Below are positions 37,277 to 51,700 of a DNA stretch of 64,000 nt, one piece after another. Position 1 is the first letter of the stretch. Each line of letters opens with the position of its first letter. The notes beneath the pieces are model-generated. The model ran no database searches. It was given only the letters and a program-made list of their open reading frames with translations, and was not told the origin of the DNA. The stretch spans positions 10,478,001 through 10,542,000 of the forward strand of contig JBHGNT010000004.1 in the NCBI GenBank assembly GCA_043228905.1, written 5' to 3'. This DNA is from Azolla caroliniana (taxonomy: Eukaryota; Plantae; Polypodiophyta). The translations under genes and the position numbers were made by a program.

Positions 37277-39119
37277 TCCATTGAGATGTATTTTTTGCAA
37301 ATAACCCAATACCTTAGTTTCACCGCTCAACAGATGACCGAACTTTGGCAATCTCAAAGTGCTCTCGAGGCACGTGTCATTAGTTTACAACGTGACACTA
37401 ATAGACCTAATGAGTGACAGGGTGAGCCATCATTTGTCATTAAGCCATTTACAAGAGAAAAAAAGGAAAGAATCGAAGAAGCAATCTGCACGTGCCTGGG
37501 CCGATGGGAGTCTCATTTTGAGCTCTATCCCATGCCAGATAGTACGAAGATTGCATATGTCGGCCGAGAACTAGAGGGTAAGGCCGTCTCCTGGTGGCGT
37601 GGGCTCCGTACTTTGGGGAAATTGCCCGATACCTGGACAGATTGTGTCACAGTTTTCAAGGGACAATTTCTGCAACCTCCCTCTTGAACCGAGGCAACAC
37701 AAGCTTTAATGAACCTCTCTAGCCGGAAATTTTCTTCACTAGAAGATTATGTTCACCATGCTAGAACCCAAATCCAAAAGTCGGGTCTAGAAGGGGACAA
37801 TTGGTTAATATAGCTTGTTTTGTCAATGGCATCCCCAATTCGAACTATCACTAGATAGTGCACGATAAGGATCCAAAATCCTTCGAAGAGGTCGTTGAAA
37901 TAGTTCTTCTCTATCAACACACTTTGAAGAAGGACCACAACAAACCCAACGAAGCGCCCAGGGCTAAGTAGTCGCAATTCGCTAGGAAACACAAGACACC
38001 CAACGAATTCATAGATCACGATTGTAAGTGAACATCTTTTTTGCGTATTCTGCAAAAAGAAGGGTCATACAAAAGAGCAATGTCGAAAGCTCCAACGGAA
38101 AGAGCATGACAACAAAGCTAAAGTTGCAGAGCATAAAGGTCAGATTCCTAATGTCCCTCAAGTCTATACACATCATTTAAGTAATTGTCAATGTTTTTTC
38201 CCTCACTATGTATTGGGTCCCAGTGATTTATTACGTGCAAACGGGTATATCAATGGATCTCCTATACAATTTTTGTTTGATTCGGGAAGCTCACACAATT
38301 TTGTGAATGATCGTTTGGTTCAGATATGGGGAATCCAACCCACCGTAAGTGATCACACCTATAGGGTGCACTTGGTTGATGGAAGAGTACAATACATCAA
38401 TGGGGTGATTCATTCATTAGGAATTTCTATTGATACTTATATAGAGGAAGTAGACTTCCATGTAATGAATCTTTGTACCACTGATGTAATACTGGGTTAT
38501 CCCCGGTTTTATAATAAAAGCTCTTCTTTATCTATTGATTGGGTTCATCATTCAATTACATTTATACTGAACGACTATACTCATTTTATTCAATGTGTAA
38601 AAAAACAATCCCTCTCGATTGTTTCCTCTCCAACAATATCCAAGTTGTCTTTTTCTACTCTATTTTATTGTGTACTTGATTCGGACATTCACGTTTACAA
38701 TATCGATAATGTCTCGATTCAATTAACATATTTTGAACAACAACAACTTGATGAAAGCTTAAATGATTTTCGTGATGTTTTTTCAAGGGAACTACCAGAT
38801 GGGTTACCTCCTAAACGTAATATAGACCATTGTATAGATATTGTACCTGGCGTTGCACCAATAAGTATACCTCCTAATCGCTTAAGTCGATCCGAAGAGG
38901 ATGAGATATCTAAGCAAGTTAAGGACTATTTACGAATGGTTATATACGTTATAGTAAATCTCCATGGGGTGCACCAGTTCTCTTGGTTAAAACGAAAGAG
39001 GGCACATGGCGTATGTGTATTAATTACCGACGCTTGAATAAAGTGACGATCAAGAATTTGTATACATTGCCCCGAGCTGACAATCTAATTGACCGTCTCT
39101 AGGAAGCTCGGTATTTTAC
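37277..39119 (+). pseudogene. J gag, protease and RT N-terminus
   Basis: CVFCKKKGHTKEQC knuckle, FLFDSGSSHNF, FSRELPDGLPPKRNIDH; RT breaks at ARYFT and resumes at 60657. Confidence 0.88.
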
Positions 39120-42100
39120 TGTAAAAGAATACGTTGTGCAGAAGCGTGTGCGTAAACACAGAGTAAATAGTTCGGAGGAATAAGACAGTTCGGTAAAAAA
39201 AGCACAGAAAACGCAAAGATGGAGATGGAGAGAGAGAGAGCAGACAATAGAAAACTCAAATTCAAAATAATACTCTCTGTACATACACCGTGCTCAGTGA
39301 GCGGCTTTTATACAAGCCCTAACATTCGGGTTGACACAAGTACTAACAGTACTTGACGCTCATAAATGAGCCGAGGAATATCTCTCTAACGGCCTCGCGG
39401 TTTACGCACCGCTACGGTCTATTGTGCACACGGTTTTACACACCCAATTACGCACCAAATGTTGAGCTTGTCTCTCAACACTCCCCCTCAAGCTCATCTT
39501 GAGGTTCTGTCCGCTCTTCCAAATTCTACGCTCCGGTTCCTTTTGGCTTCACGCATCGCTCGCGCTCCACGACCCTTCCGGTCAGCTTGTCTGCTCATCC
39601 GGCCCTTCTCAGCTCCCTTGCTGTCGCGGTGTTGGCGTGTCCTTCGCTGCCCTTTTCTCCGCATGGCCCTCAGTAGGTTCGGCATATCCGAATCGAACAC
39701 GTCCGATTCAATTTCACTCTCATCTGAATTGGTTGTCTCCAATTTGTTTTCAGCCTTTAGGCCTTTGACTACATCAGACCACATCTTGGTCTTGGCCTCT
39801 ACGCCCTTCTTGGTTGTATCTCCCCCTGATTCAGGTATCCTCGGCTCTTCCCTACGGTTATGGCCCTTGCTCTTTTCTTCGGCTTCTTCAGCCCGCCCGA
39901 AATCGAATTCCTCATTCGATTCCTCATCACGGTTACTTCCGTCGTGGTGAACACCTCTGCTCCTTTCATGCTCTGGTTCTTGTTCTTCCTTTCTCCCCCT
40001 CAAGTTCGGCGTGTCGAGGTGACGCAACCCTAGCTCACCTGAGAAATGTTGTAACTTGTCGAGACCAACAGGCTTGCTGAAGATGCCGGCAACCTGCCGA
40101 TCCATCAGAACATACGCTAGTTCGACTCCACCTAAAAGGACCTGCTCGCGGAAAAAATGGTAATGCACCTCAATGTGCTTGGTCCGGGTGTGGAATACAG
40201 GGTTTTTCGCAAGGTGGATATTGCTGAGGTTGTCGCAATGGATCGTCGTCGGATCAGACACCTCTACATGCAGATCTCGTAACAGCCGTTTTAGCCAAAC
40301 GACTTCGCATGTAGCGACAGCCACCCCTCGATATTCGGCCTCTACATGATCGCCGCACTTCCTAGAGAGAATGCGTATCCGGATGTGGATCTACGATCGT
40401 GGGCATTTCCAACCTAATCGGCATCCGTGTAACCGACTAACTGTTCGGCTACAGCTCAAAGTGTTCGGTCGTAGGTTGCGACATAAATTGACTGATTAAG
40501 CCGACCGGGTAGCTAAGATCTGGCCGAGTAATCGTCAAATAGATGAGGTTTCCGACAATCTGTCGAAACCGTGTCGGGTCGCATGCCTTCCTTGAATCTG
40601 GGCGAAGCTTCACATTTCTATCCAGAGGAGTCAAGATGGGTTTACAGTCTGCCATCCCGAACTTGAAGAGTATATTCAAGGCATAATGACGTTGGCTGAT
40701 CAATATGCCTTCGGGGGTACGGATCACTTCGATCCTGAGGAAGTAATGAAGGTCCATGAGATCCTTCATTTCAAACGATGTCGCAAGCTGAGACTTCACG
40801 CGGCGGATTTCGTCAAGGTCGGCACCAACGATGACTAAATCATCAACGAAAAGTGTAGGCTGACCGATCCATATTGTCTTTGCCAAACAAATAGAGAAGA
40901 GTTGGATTTCGACGTCGTAAACCCCATCCTACGCAACTATTGTGTAATCATTGCATTCCATGCTCGCGGGGCTTGCTTGAGTTTGTAAAGTGACTTCTTC
41001 AATCAGCAAACTGCCAAAGTGGTGGTATGTTCGGATAGAAATCCGGGGGTTTGTACCATGTACACCTCTTCCTCAAGATCGCCTTGTAGGAACGCATTCT
41101 TTACATCCATTTGATGTAAGTGCCACCCCTTTGCCGCTGCTACTGCTAGCAGGACTCACACAGTAATCATCTTCGCGACACGCGCGAAGGTCTCGTCATA
41201 GTCCACACCATGCTTCTGCGTGTAGCCTTTTGCTACTAAACATGCCTTGTAGCGGTTGACGGAGCCATCCGTCTTGTATTTCACTTTATACACCCACCGG
41301 CAGCCAATCGGCTTCACACCCTTCGATGCTTCAACCAGGTCCCATGTGTCGTTCTACGTTAAGGCGCGCATCTCTTCCTCCATCGCGGCGCGCCAGTTTG
41401 CGTCTCTCACCGCTTCTACGTAGCTCTTCCGCCACTCGTGTCATGTATGTGTAATGATGCGCCATGTATTCATTATACCCATACTTCTTTACGGGGTTCT
41501 TCTGGCGGGTAGATTGGCGTAAATCGTGATTACCCGATTTAACGACCTTTTCGGCTGATTTTGACCTCTTCCGCGGAGGTTTCTTTACGATCAGCTCGAT
41601 GTTAGATTCACTTCGAACTGACTCGGCGCTGCCGAAATTGTACTCTCACATTTTCTTCTTGCCCTTCTCCTTTCGCGTAAACCGTCTCCTCGGTTCTTTA
41701 CGCGGGGACATCATGGGTGAGTCTCCACTACTCGCCATCTCTTCATCTGGTTGGCCATCTCAACCAAACCTCTCATTTGGCCCACTTAGCCGAAATGAGA
41801 TCAGACTCTCTCTTAGAGGTCCAACGTCCTCATCATGTGGAGGCATTTCAGCCTCGTTGATCTCTTCTTCAGAGATTAGAATGGAGTCTTGAGGTACTGG
41901 AGGTGAAGGTAAGTTCCACAAAGCGGACTCGTCGAACACGACGTCGTGGCTTACACGTACTTCGTTTGTTTGAGGGTTATAACAATTATACCCTTTCTGC
42001 TCATCTGAATAGCCTACCAAGATACATTTCTCAGTTTTAGCATCCAATTTCCTCCTTTTCTCCTTCGGCACGTGCACATACGCGATACTACCGAAAATTC

Positions 42101-42878
42101 TCAAATGTGCTAAGTTCGGCTTCTTCCCGAAATACAACTCATGTGGCAACACTCCTCCATTAGCAGAAGTCTGATTCTGCAAGTAGATAGTCGTCTTCAG
42201 GCTTCAGTCCAATAGAATTTTGGCATATGCTTCTCTTCAAGTATTGCCCTGGCCGCTTCTTCAATCGTCCAATTCTTCCGCTCAGCCACACCATTCTACT
42301 GCGGCATGTATCTACACGAGAATTTGCATCGAATTCCCTCCTTCTGTAAATAACTTGTGAACTGGTCGGAGAAGTACTCCTTCCCGCCTTTGGACCGTAG
42401 GCATTTGATCTTACGCCCTGTTTCCCTTTCCGCAAGGCCCTTCACCTTCAAGAAACATGCGAAGACTTCGCTCTTCTTCGCGATTGTGCACACCCACGTG
42501 TACCGAGTGAAGTCATCGATAAAGGTTACAACAAAGTAACGGCTTCCACCGAGACTCGCGTTCTCTGCCGGTCCCCACACATCCGAATGGATCAAATCCA
42601 GCGGAGTTCGACTACGATTACACTCATCAGGGAATGGAAATCGGTGTTGTTTTCCCATCTGACAAGCTTCACAGACTTGGCCATTATGGCCCCGAAATTT
42701 CAGCAAGCCGAAGACAATGTTCTTCATCTACATCTCACGAAGCCACGGGAAGTTTACATGGCCGAACCACTTGTGGGACATGTCGATATCCGATTCGACC
42801 TTTTGTCCTTTCGCGTACAACGCGGTTCCGTTTTGATTAGTGTCGAGGATGAACATCCTCCCTTCTCAGTGTCGAGGA

Positions 42879-45800
42879 TCAACATCGGCCGGTTCGGCTG
42901 AAGAAGCCGAGGACCAGATCGGTTAGGACCGATCGGTTAGGCCGAGTGCGTAAACCGGGAGGTCGTTAGGAAAGATATTCCGTGAGGAATATATTTGGGA
43001 GTTAGTGTAGGAGCTCTTGATGAGCATTGAAGTACTGTCAGTACTTCGGTCAGTCCTTCTAGGACTTGTATAAAAGTGCTCACTGAGCACGTCTTATGTA
43101 CAGAGATTGAGTATTATTGTGGAATATAGTTTTCTGTGTTTCTCTCTCTGTCTCTCCTGCGTATACCGTGTAAGCTCAAGCTCTCCATTAAACCTGTTTT
43201 TCCTTCTTTCTGTTCGGTCTTCATACTTGCTTCCGCACGCTACTTTCTACATGGTATCAGAGCGCGAGGATTGAGAACCTCTCTGCAGCCGACACAACTT
43301 GACGAAGAAGAACAAGAAGAACGATGGATAGAGGCATGGCGAGCTCGCTTCCAACAGAGAAGCTTGACAGAACCATCTACGCGTCTTGGTTCTACAAGAT
43401 GCACCAGTACTTGCTCGGGCACGGCTACTGGAGTTATGTCGAAGGAGCTAATGACGCAGCACCCGAATCGACACACAAAGACTTCCCGTCATGGGAGCAA
43501 TTGGCAAGCAGGGTATTGTACTGCTTCGCGTCGTGTGTGGGCGAACAACTATTGAGCTATGTTCGGGATGCAAAGACGCCGAAAGGTGCGTGGGAAAATC
43601 TAAAGAAGATTTTCGCCGCGAGCACCACAGCCAGGAAGCTTCAGCTCCGACAGGAGTTGACCAACCTACGACAACGCGACTTGTCGGTGGCGGACTATAC
43701 CTCGAAGATCAAGGATATCTGTGACTCCCTCACCTCCATAGAGGTGAACATCGAGGAGAGCGAAATGGTCCAGATCTGTCTCAGAAGTTTGGCGTCGAAG
43801 TTCGGAGCGTTCCGAACGGTTGTGTGTACTCGGGAGAATACGCCGTCCTTTTTCGACTTACAGTCGATGCTCTTGGTAGAGGAGAACCACGCGGGTGCGT
43901 CTACAAGCACGCACACCGACAACAGAATGTTGTACACGGAGGGAGATAGGCCCCGTGGACGTGGAGGACGAGGCGAGTCGGCACGCAATGGTGGAGGCCG
44001 ACGAGATCAAGAAATAAGGCACCGAAGTGATGCCGACAGCAACTCCGGACCCTCCGGAAACAGGGGGAGTCGAAGCGATGAGAACCGGCAAGGGAAGTCC
44101 ATCGCGGAGTGTTGGTACTGTGGCAAGAAAGGCCACAAGGAAAGTGAGTACTGGAAGAAGCGCATCGATTTGGAGAGAACTGGTTCCGGGAACGGCTCCA
44201 GACATACCGACAAGGGAAATCGGCAGGGATCGCACTACGCCGAAGACTCCGGGAGAGTTGGAGAAGGAACTGCCTTCGTGACGAGACACGAAGCAAACTC
44301 AATGAAGCAGACCACCCCGAGATCGGAAGAGGTGTGGTACGTAGACTCCAGCGCGTCAAACCACATGACGAGCCATAAGGAGTGGTTCTCGTACCTTGGA
44401 AAACTGGTACAACCTGGAGTAGTCGCAACTGGAGACGACACTCCGCATCTGATCGCGAATGTCAGAGAAGTTCCCCTTAGCCATGTCGGGCAGAAAGGGA
44501 AACTCATGAACGTGTTGCACGTCCCGATAATCACGAAAAACTTCGTCTCGGTCGGACAGATCGTCGACCAAGGGATGGAGGTTCGGTTTACACACCTAGG
44601 GTGCTTCATTGAGGAAGAAGGCTGTGTGATTGCGCAAGGGCGCAGAGACGGGAGGATGTTCATCCTCGACTCCACTGACGGCGGCACCGCAATGTTCGCA
44701 AAGGGAGAAAAGACCGGGTCGGACATCGACTTGTGGCACAAGCGGATAGGCCACGTCAACCACCAACGGCTTCAAGATCTACAATCGAAACAGGTAGTGT
44801 TCGGATTGCCCAAATTTAGTGGCCGAAAGGCACAAATTTGTGAAGCTTGCTAGCTCGGGAAGCAACACCGACTTCCCTTCCCCAACAGGCGAAACCGGAG
44901 CCGGAACAAGCTCGACCTTATACACTCGGATGTGTGGGGGCCAGCACAAAACGTTAGTCTTGGCGGGAGCCGATATTTCGTCTCCTTCATCGACGACCAC
45001 ACGCGGCACACGTGGATCTACCTCATTGAGAGGAAGAGCGAAGTCTTCGACTGTTTCCGAGACCTCAAAGGGTTCGTGGAAGCCGAAACGGGACGAAAGA
45101 TCAAGTGCCTGCGGTCGGATGGCGGGAAAGAGTACTTTTCCGGTCAATTCAACGGTTACCTACAACAAATGGGAATTCGCCGCGAATTCAGTTGTAGATA
45201 CACCCGGAGCAGAACGGCGTGGCCGAGAGAAAGAATTGGTCGATTGTGGAAGCAGCACGGGCAATACTGGAGGAGAAGAGCTTGCCCAAGTTCTACTGCA
45301 CTAAGGCGGTAAGGACCACGGTATACATCCAGAACCGGATCGGAGACAAAGTGTTGGCGCACGAGCTATATTTCGTAACGAAGCCGAACTTGCGACACTT
45401 GAGGGTGTTCGGTAGCATTGCGTATGTGCATATACCGAAGGAGAAAAGGAGGAAGTTGGACGCAAAGGCCGAGAAATGCATCTTGGTCGGTTACTTGGAC
45501 GAGTAGAAGGGTTATAAGTGCTATAACCCTCGCACCAAACAAGCGTGTGTCAGCCGCGACGTTGTGTTTGACGAGTCCGCGTCCTGGTACCTGCCCTCGA
45601 CTCGGAACCCCGACTCCAATACGAGCTCTGACGATGAGGTCAGTGAGGCCGAGATGCCTCCGAATGAACCCGAAATCGAGACCCGCGAAGAGAGTCCAAT
45701 TTCACTCCGGTTAAGTGGACCGATTGGACGACTGAGTCGGTACGACCAGTCCGATGAAGAGCCGGCGAGTAGTGGAGTCTCGGCCGTGCATTCCCCACGT

Positions 45801-48444
45801 AGGAAGCCGAGGAGACGGCTTATGCGCAAAGAGAAAGGGAAGAAGAAGGTGTTGGATTCCGGCATGGAAACGAACGAGTCTGACCGACGCGAGTCTGACT
45901 CCGAGGGAACCGGTGACGGGTCTTTAAAGGTGAAGACCGCGTCGACCGAGAAGGCCTCGACATCGGCTAATGTGAGATTACGCCGATCTACCCGCCAGAA
46001 GAATCTTGTTTTGCGGTTTGGATACAACGAGTACATGGCACAGAAGCGGCGAAGGACGCGAATTGGCGCGCCGCGATGGAGGAAGAGATGCACACATTGG
46101 CGGAGAACGAGACCTGGGACCTGGTTGACGCACCGAAGGGTGTGAAGCCGATCGGGTGTAGATGGGTGTACAAAGTCAAGTACAACACCGATGGCTCGGT
46201 CAACCGGTAAGGGGCTCGGCTAGTGGCTAAGGGCTACGCGCAGAAACACCGCATCGACTACGATGAGACGTTTGCGCCGGTCGCGAAAATGACGACCATC
46301 CGTGTTTTGCTCGCAGTAGCCACGGCCAAGGGGTGGCACCTACATCAAATGGATGTAAAGAATGCGTTCCTGCAAGGTGACCTTGAGGAATAGGTGTGCA
46401 TGGTACAACCCCCCGGATTTCACTCCGGAACGAACTCCTCGGCAGTATGCCGACTGAAGTAGTCCCTTTACGGACTGAAGCAAGCCCCGCGTGCCTGGAA
46501 CGCGAAGGTCACGCAATAATTGCGTCGGATGGGCTTCGTCACGTCAAAATCGGACTCTTCCCTGTTCATCCGGAAAGGTCGACTCGGACCGGTTAGTATT
46601 TTACTATATGTTGATGACTTGGTCATCACCGGCGCCGACCTAGGTGAAATCGACCGCGTGAAGCTCCAGCTTGCGGCATCGTTCGACATGAAGGATCTGG
46701 GGGACCTTCATTACTTCCTCGGGATCGAAGTGATCCGTACCCCCGAAGGCATATTGATCAGCCAACGCCATTACGTGCTCAGTATGCTCTTCAAATTCGG
46801 GATGGCCGACTGTAAGTCCGTCTCGACTCCTCCGGACAGAACCGTCAAGCTTCGTCCCGATACGGGAAAGGTATGCGACCCGACGAGGTTCCGACAAATT
46901 GTCGGAAGCCTCATATACTTGACCATCACCCGACCCGACCTCAGTTATCCGGTCGGGGTGATCAGTCAGTTCATGGCGCGACCTACCGAGGAGCACCTTC
47001 AGTGTGCGCAACGCATACTTCGGTATGTCAACGGCACTAAGGACCGGGGACTGCTATATCGGACCGGGGCAACCATGCGGTTAGTCGGCTACACCGATGT
47101 TGATTGGGCTGGCAACGCCGCCGATCGCCGATCCACGTCTGGATACGCGTCCTCCCTCGGGAGTGCCGCGATCGCGTGGTGCAGTAAGAAGCAGCCGACA
47201 GTTGCACTGTCGAGCACCGAAGAGCGGCTGTCGCGACATGCGAAGCCATATGGTTGAAGCGGCTACTTAAGGACCTGCAAGAGGAGGTGTCCGATCTGAT
47301 GATGATCTACTGCGACAACCTCAGCAGCATCGAGCTCGTGAAAAACGTTGTTTTCCACGCACGGACCAAGCACATTGAGGTGCACTACCATTTCCTCCGT
47401 GAGCGTGTCCTTTCCGGTGAAGTCAAACTTCAGTATGTTCCGACAGATCGGCAGGCTGCCGACATCTTCACCAAGCCACTTGGTCTGGACAAGTTGCGGC
47501 AATTCTCAGGTGCGCTCGGGTTGCGTCACCTTGACGTGCCGAACTTGAGGGGGAGAACAGTCCCGAACGACCAAGCAAGGCAGTAGGAAAGGAGCGGACA
47601 CCGCGACACCGAGTTGGTTGACAAGTTCGACATCGGATCAGCTGAAGAAGCCGAGGGCGGACCCGCGGAAAAGTTCGGAAGCAGACAGAAGGGGAGCAAC
47701 CGAAGGAGAGAGCCGAAGCCAACCGCGCATGGGGAAGATGACGCCATCGAGGGCGAGAAGACCGAAGACGAGTTAGAGATAGCCAACTCGGACGAGAGCG
47801 AAAACCGATCGGAGGTAGCCGAGTCGGTTCGTATGTTTGATTCAGACACACTGAATCAACCGAGGCCCAAGCGGAAGGAAAGGCAGTAGAAGAAGCGTCA
47901 ACACCGCAACAACAGAAGAGCTGATGAGGGCCACATGAGCAGACAAGCCGACCGGAAGGGTTGAAGCGCGCAGAGTTGAACAGGTCGAGGAGCGCGAGTG
48001 AGGCGAGAAGCCAGGAGGAACCGATGCTGTGAAGATCCCGAAGAGCCTCAAGTTGAGCTTGAGGGGGAGTGTTGAGAGACAAGCTCAACATCGGCCGGTT
48101 CGGCTGAAGAAGCCGAGGACCGGATCGGTTGGGACCGATCGGTTAGGCCGAGTGCGTAAACCGGGAGGTCGTTAGGAAAGATATTCCGTGAGGAATATAT
48201 TTGGGAGTTAGTGTAGGAGCTCTTGATGAGCATCGAAGTACTGTCAGTACTTCGGTCAGTCCTTCTAGGACTTGTATAAAAGTGCGCACTAAGCACGTCT
48301 TATGTACAGAGATTGAGTATTATTGTGGAATATAGTTTTTTGTGTTTCTCTCTCTATCTCTCCTGCGTATACCGTGTAAGCTCAAGCTCTCCATTAAACC
48401 GGTTTTTCCTTCCTTTTGTTCGGTCTTCATACTTCTTTCTCTAC
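42879..48444 (+). mobile_element. Element F: near-full-length copia of the E subfamily with damaged termini and no TSD
   Basis: LTRs 42879-43251 and 48070 to about 48444, PBS 43252-43263, degenerate gag-pol 43324-48069. Confidence 0.92.
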
Positions 48445-48787
48445 TCTTCTATGAAGCAACCGAGATGCGTGAATCGAAGTTGCATTCCCTGGTCAACGAT
48501 CTGATCGACCGACACTAGGTTCTTCGTTATTGATGAGACGTGCAACACCTTCATGAGTTTCCCTTTCTGCCCGATGTTGTCCATGGGACAAAAAGATAAA
48601 TTAGTTAAATGTAATACGCCGGTAGGTAAGGCTAGTAGGTGAGGAAGGTAGAGTTTAGGAAAACGCCGAGTTTCGAGCCTCATAGTCAGCCGACGGCTCG
48701 GCTCTGCATGAAGAAAAAGTATATAAACCTGACCCAATCGAAGGAACTTCCGACTCGGCGGTCACGGACTAGTCTTTCCAAGAAATA

Positions 48788-51700
48788 TTGGAGGCTCACC
48801 GGTTGCAATACTCACCACTTGCTACTCAGTCGCGAGTTGATTCCACACCAACCTCTCCACCAAGCCCTCCAGAGCTCAACCACCCTGACCCTAACCCTTT
48901 TCCGGTTTTACTGGAAGATCCAGATTTCGATACCATGTCGTATCCTTACCACCGATACACCGACGGCCCCGACGCGGAGTCGCACATCCGTACCTTCGTG
49001 TCCACTTGGCAAGCCAACCACTCAACGCAGCGACTCTCGCCTGCCGAAATAGATGCCTTAAAAATCGCCGAGTTTACACTATCCCTCGATGGACCAGTTG
49101 GGCGATGGTATTCTCGCCTCGACGCAAGGGAGTTTATCACCTTCCAAGACGTTCGCACGAAGTTCCTAGAACTTTTCATCGCGAGGTGCCCAAACGAGAA
49201 CTGCTCCAACAATTCCTTTCCATGAGCCAAGAACCGCACGAGACCATCGCACAGTTCACGATCCGATTCCAGGATCTCTATAGACAAGTGGCCGACGATG
49301 TCTCTGCACAGCACATTCCGAACGCATTCCTGTGCAGCTTACGGGAGCCTCTACGGACGACTCTCGTACTTACTAATTTTGTCAACCAAACGATCAAGCA
49401 AGTCATAGCCCGCGTCCTCACCCTCGATCGAACACAGCAAAGCACGACTTTCTCTATGAGTTCACTGCAAAGCGCCCTTCCCCAGGAGGACAATTGCTTC
49501 CGCCAAGCCCTCCAATACACAGTTTGCTCGAGATTGGGCCATCTGGCCCTCGAATGTCCTCACCGGCCACATTGTCCGATCTGCCAGTCCCGCTCTCACA
49601 CTACCGAGCAATGTGAATACAATATGCTCAACCGCACAACAACGGCCCCGATTTGCCAGATCGAGCCCACAGATACATACTCCTGTCAGGACGAGAGAAA
49701 ATCCTACAAGAACCAGGATAACCAACGACCCCGACTGCCAGATAGGCGGCGTTGTGACGACGATTACCGTTGAGATGACGACCGTTACCGAAACGACAAC
49801 CGACTTAGATCGGACGACCGCCATGATTGCTATCACAATGATCAGTACCGGGAAAACGACGATTATGATCAGTATGATGATGATCAGGATGACCGATACG
49901 ATCAGAGAAATTCCCGTAATGATCGGCGAACTCTCATCGAGGATCACGCAACAACAGAAGGAATAACGACAACCGTTGTGGGGACCCCCCTCAAAATGAA
50001 CAGCGCAGCTCGAACGCGCCCCAGACCAACCCACCAACACACGAGGCCGGGAATTAATCGCACCCTCCCCCATACACATATCGGGTTGGCACCATCAACT
50101 CGGCTGTTGTTACCTGCTTCAAGTGCAGCCAACCCGGTCACTACGCTACGCAATGCCCAATAACAGACCGCGGAAAGGCTCCTGCCATGAATAGTATTAT
50201 GGCCAACATGCAAAACGTCACAACACGCAGTAAAGCCCAAACCACTCCATGGCAAATACAGGATGAAGTCCGGCAAGCAGCCAAAGAATGGATTGATACG
50301 GCCAACAAAAACAATGTGGTGCGGATGCAAACAGAAATGGGAGACGTGACCATTGGAGCACCACAGTCCTCGGCACCATCCACGTTGATAGCAGATGACC
50401 AGCTGTGGGACGCCCTTACTAGTTCCAGGATCTTGCTGCCTCTGCAGAAACTCTTACCACTCATGCCACATTTTCGAGACACCTTGGCTACACTCACGGC
50501 CAACACCCATTCTACCGCGCCACCTGTGCACCTGACCGAGCCAGGAAAAGGTCCACCCTTCATGGATTCTCATAATCCAGCAATAAAAATTATGATTAAA
50601 GGACGGGACCTGCACGGGTGCATAATCGACGACGACTCTAGTGTGAATGTCATCATTGAGGCTACCTGTCATAAACTCGATCTGAATCAATGGGAACCTT
50701 GCCCCTTTTGGCTTCAGATGGCCGATACACGATCGGTTCGCCCCATCGGATTAATCTGCCACCTCGACTTTACTCTAGGAGGCCACATGTTCACTATCTC
50801 CGCCGTTGTATTACGACTCGAAGCACAGGGCGCCTACCCAATGTTACTTGGCAGACCATGGTTGCGCACAACAAATATCAAACAGCATTGGCAGCGCAAC
50901 ATGATCTCGTTTCACCGAGGAAAGACCAAGGTCCAGAGCATAACCGAAGAACGCGTAACCATGCCCCACAACACCTCGCCGTTATACGCGGAAGGGGTGC
51001 ACATGCTCGACGAGTTAGCCGATGACGAGGTGGATGACTTCCTAGAAGACCATCCCACTATCATACCCCTCTTCGAAATCGACGCCATAACGGCCGTCTC
51101 CACACCTCTAGATGAGGAGGTCATGGAGAATACACCTCCCCAGGACGAGCTAGATCCCACCACCATCGCAGAATTATGACACGCTCGGGACGCTTTTGAA
51201 CGTGAACTCGCCATCTCCCAACGAGTGAAGGCATCAACGCTCGAAACACTGAACCTCGGTTCGGATGAGAACCCTTACACCCTACACATTGCTAATAACT
51301 TACCAGTCGGCGAACGAGCAACCCTCATATGCTTACTCACCGATTACCAAGATGTATTCGCATGGTCTTACACAGATATGAAGGGTTTTGACCCTCAATA
51401 CTACCAACACCAGATCCATCTTCTCCCTGACACTCGGCCGGATCAACAAAGGCGCTACCAAATGAACCCCAATTATGCGGCTAAGGTCAAGGAGGAAATA
51501 GACAAGCTCCTCCGAGCCGGGTTCATACGACTTGTAAAACGCAACACATAGTTAAGCCCAATTGTAGTCGTCCCCAAGAAAAATGGGAAAATCCGAGTCT
51601 GCTTCGACTACCGCAAGCTTAATGTTGCAACAGTCATGGATGGATTCCCTCTCCGGTTCATGGATAGCGTTATCTACATGGTGGCAGGTCACGCATGCTA

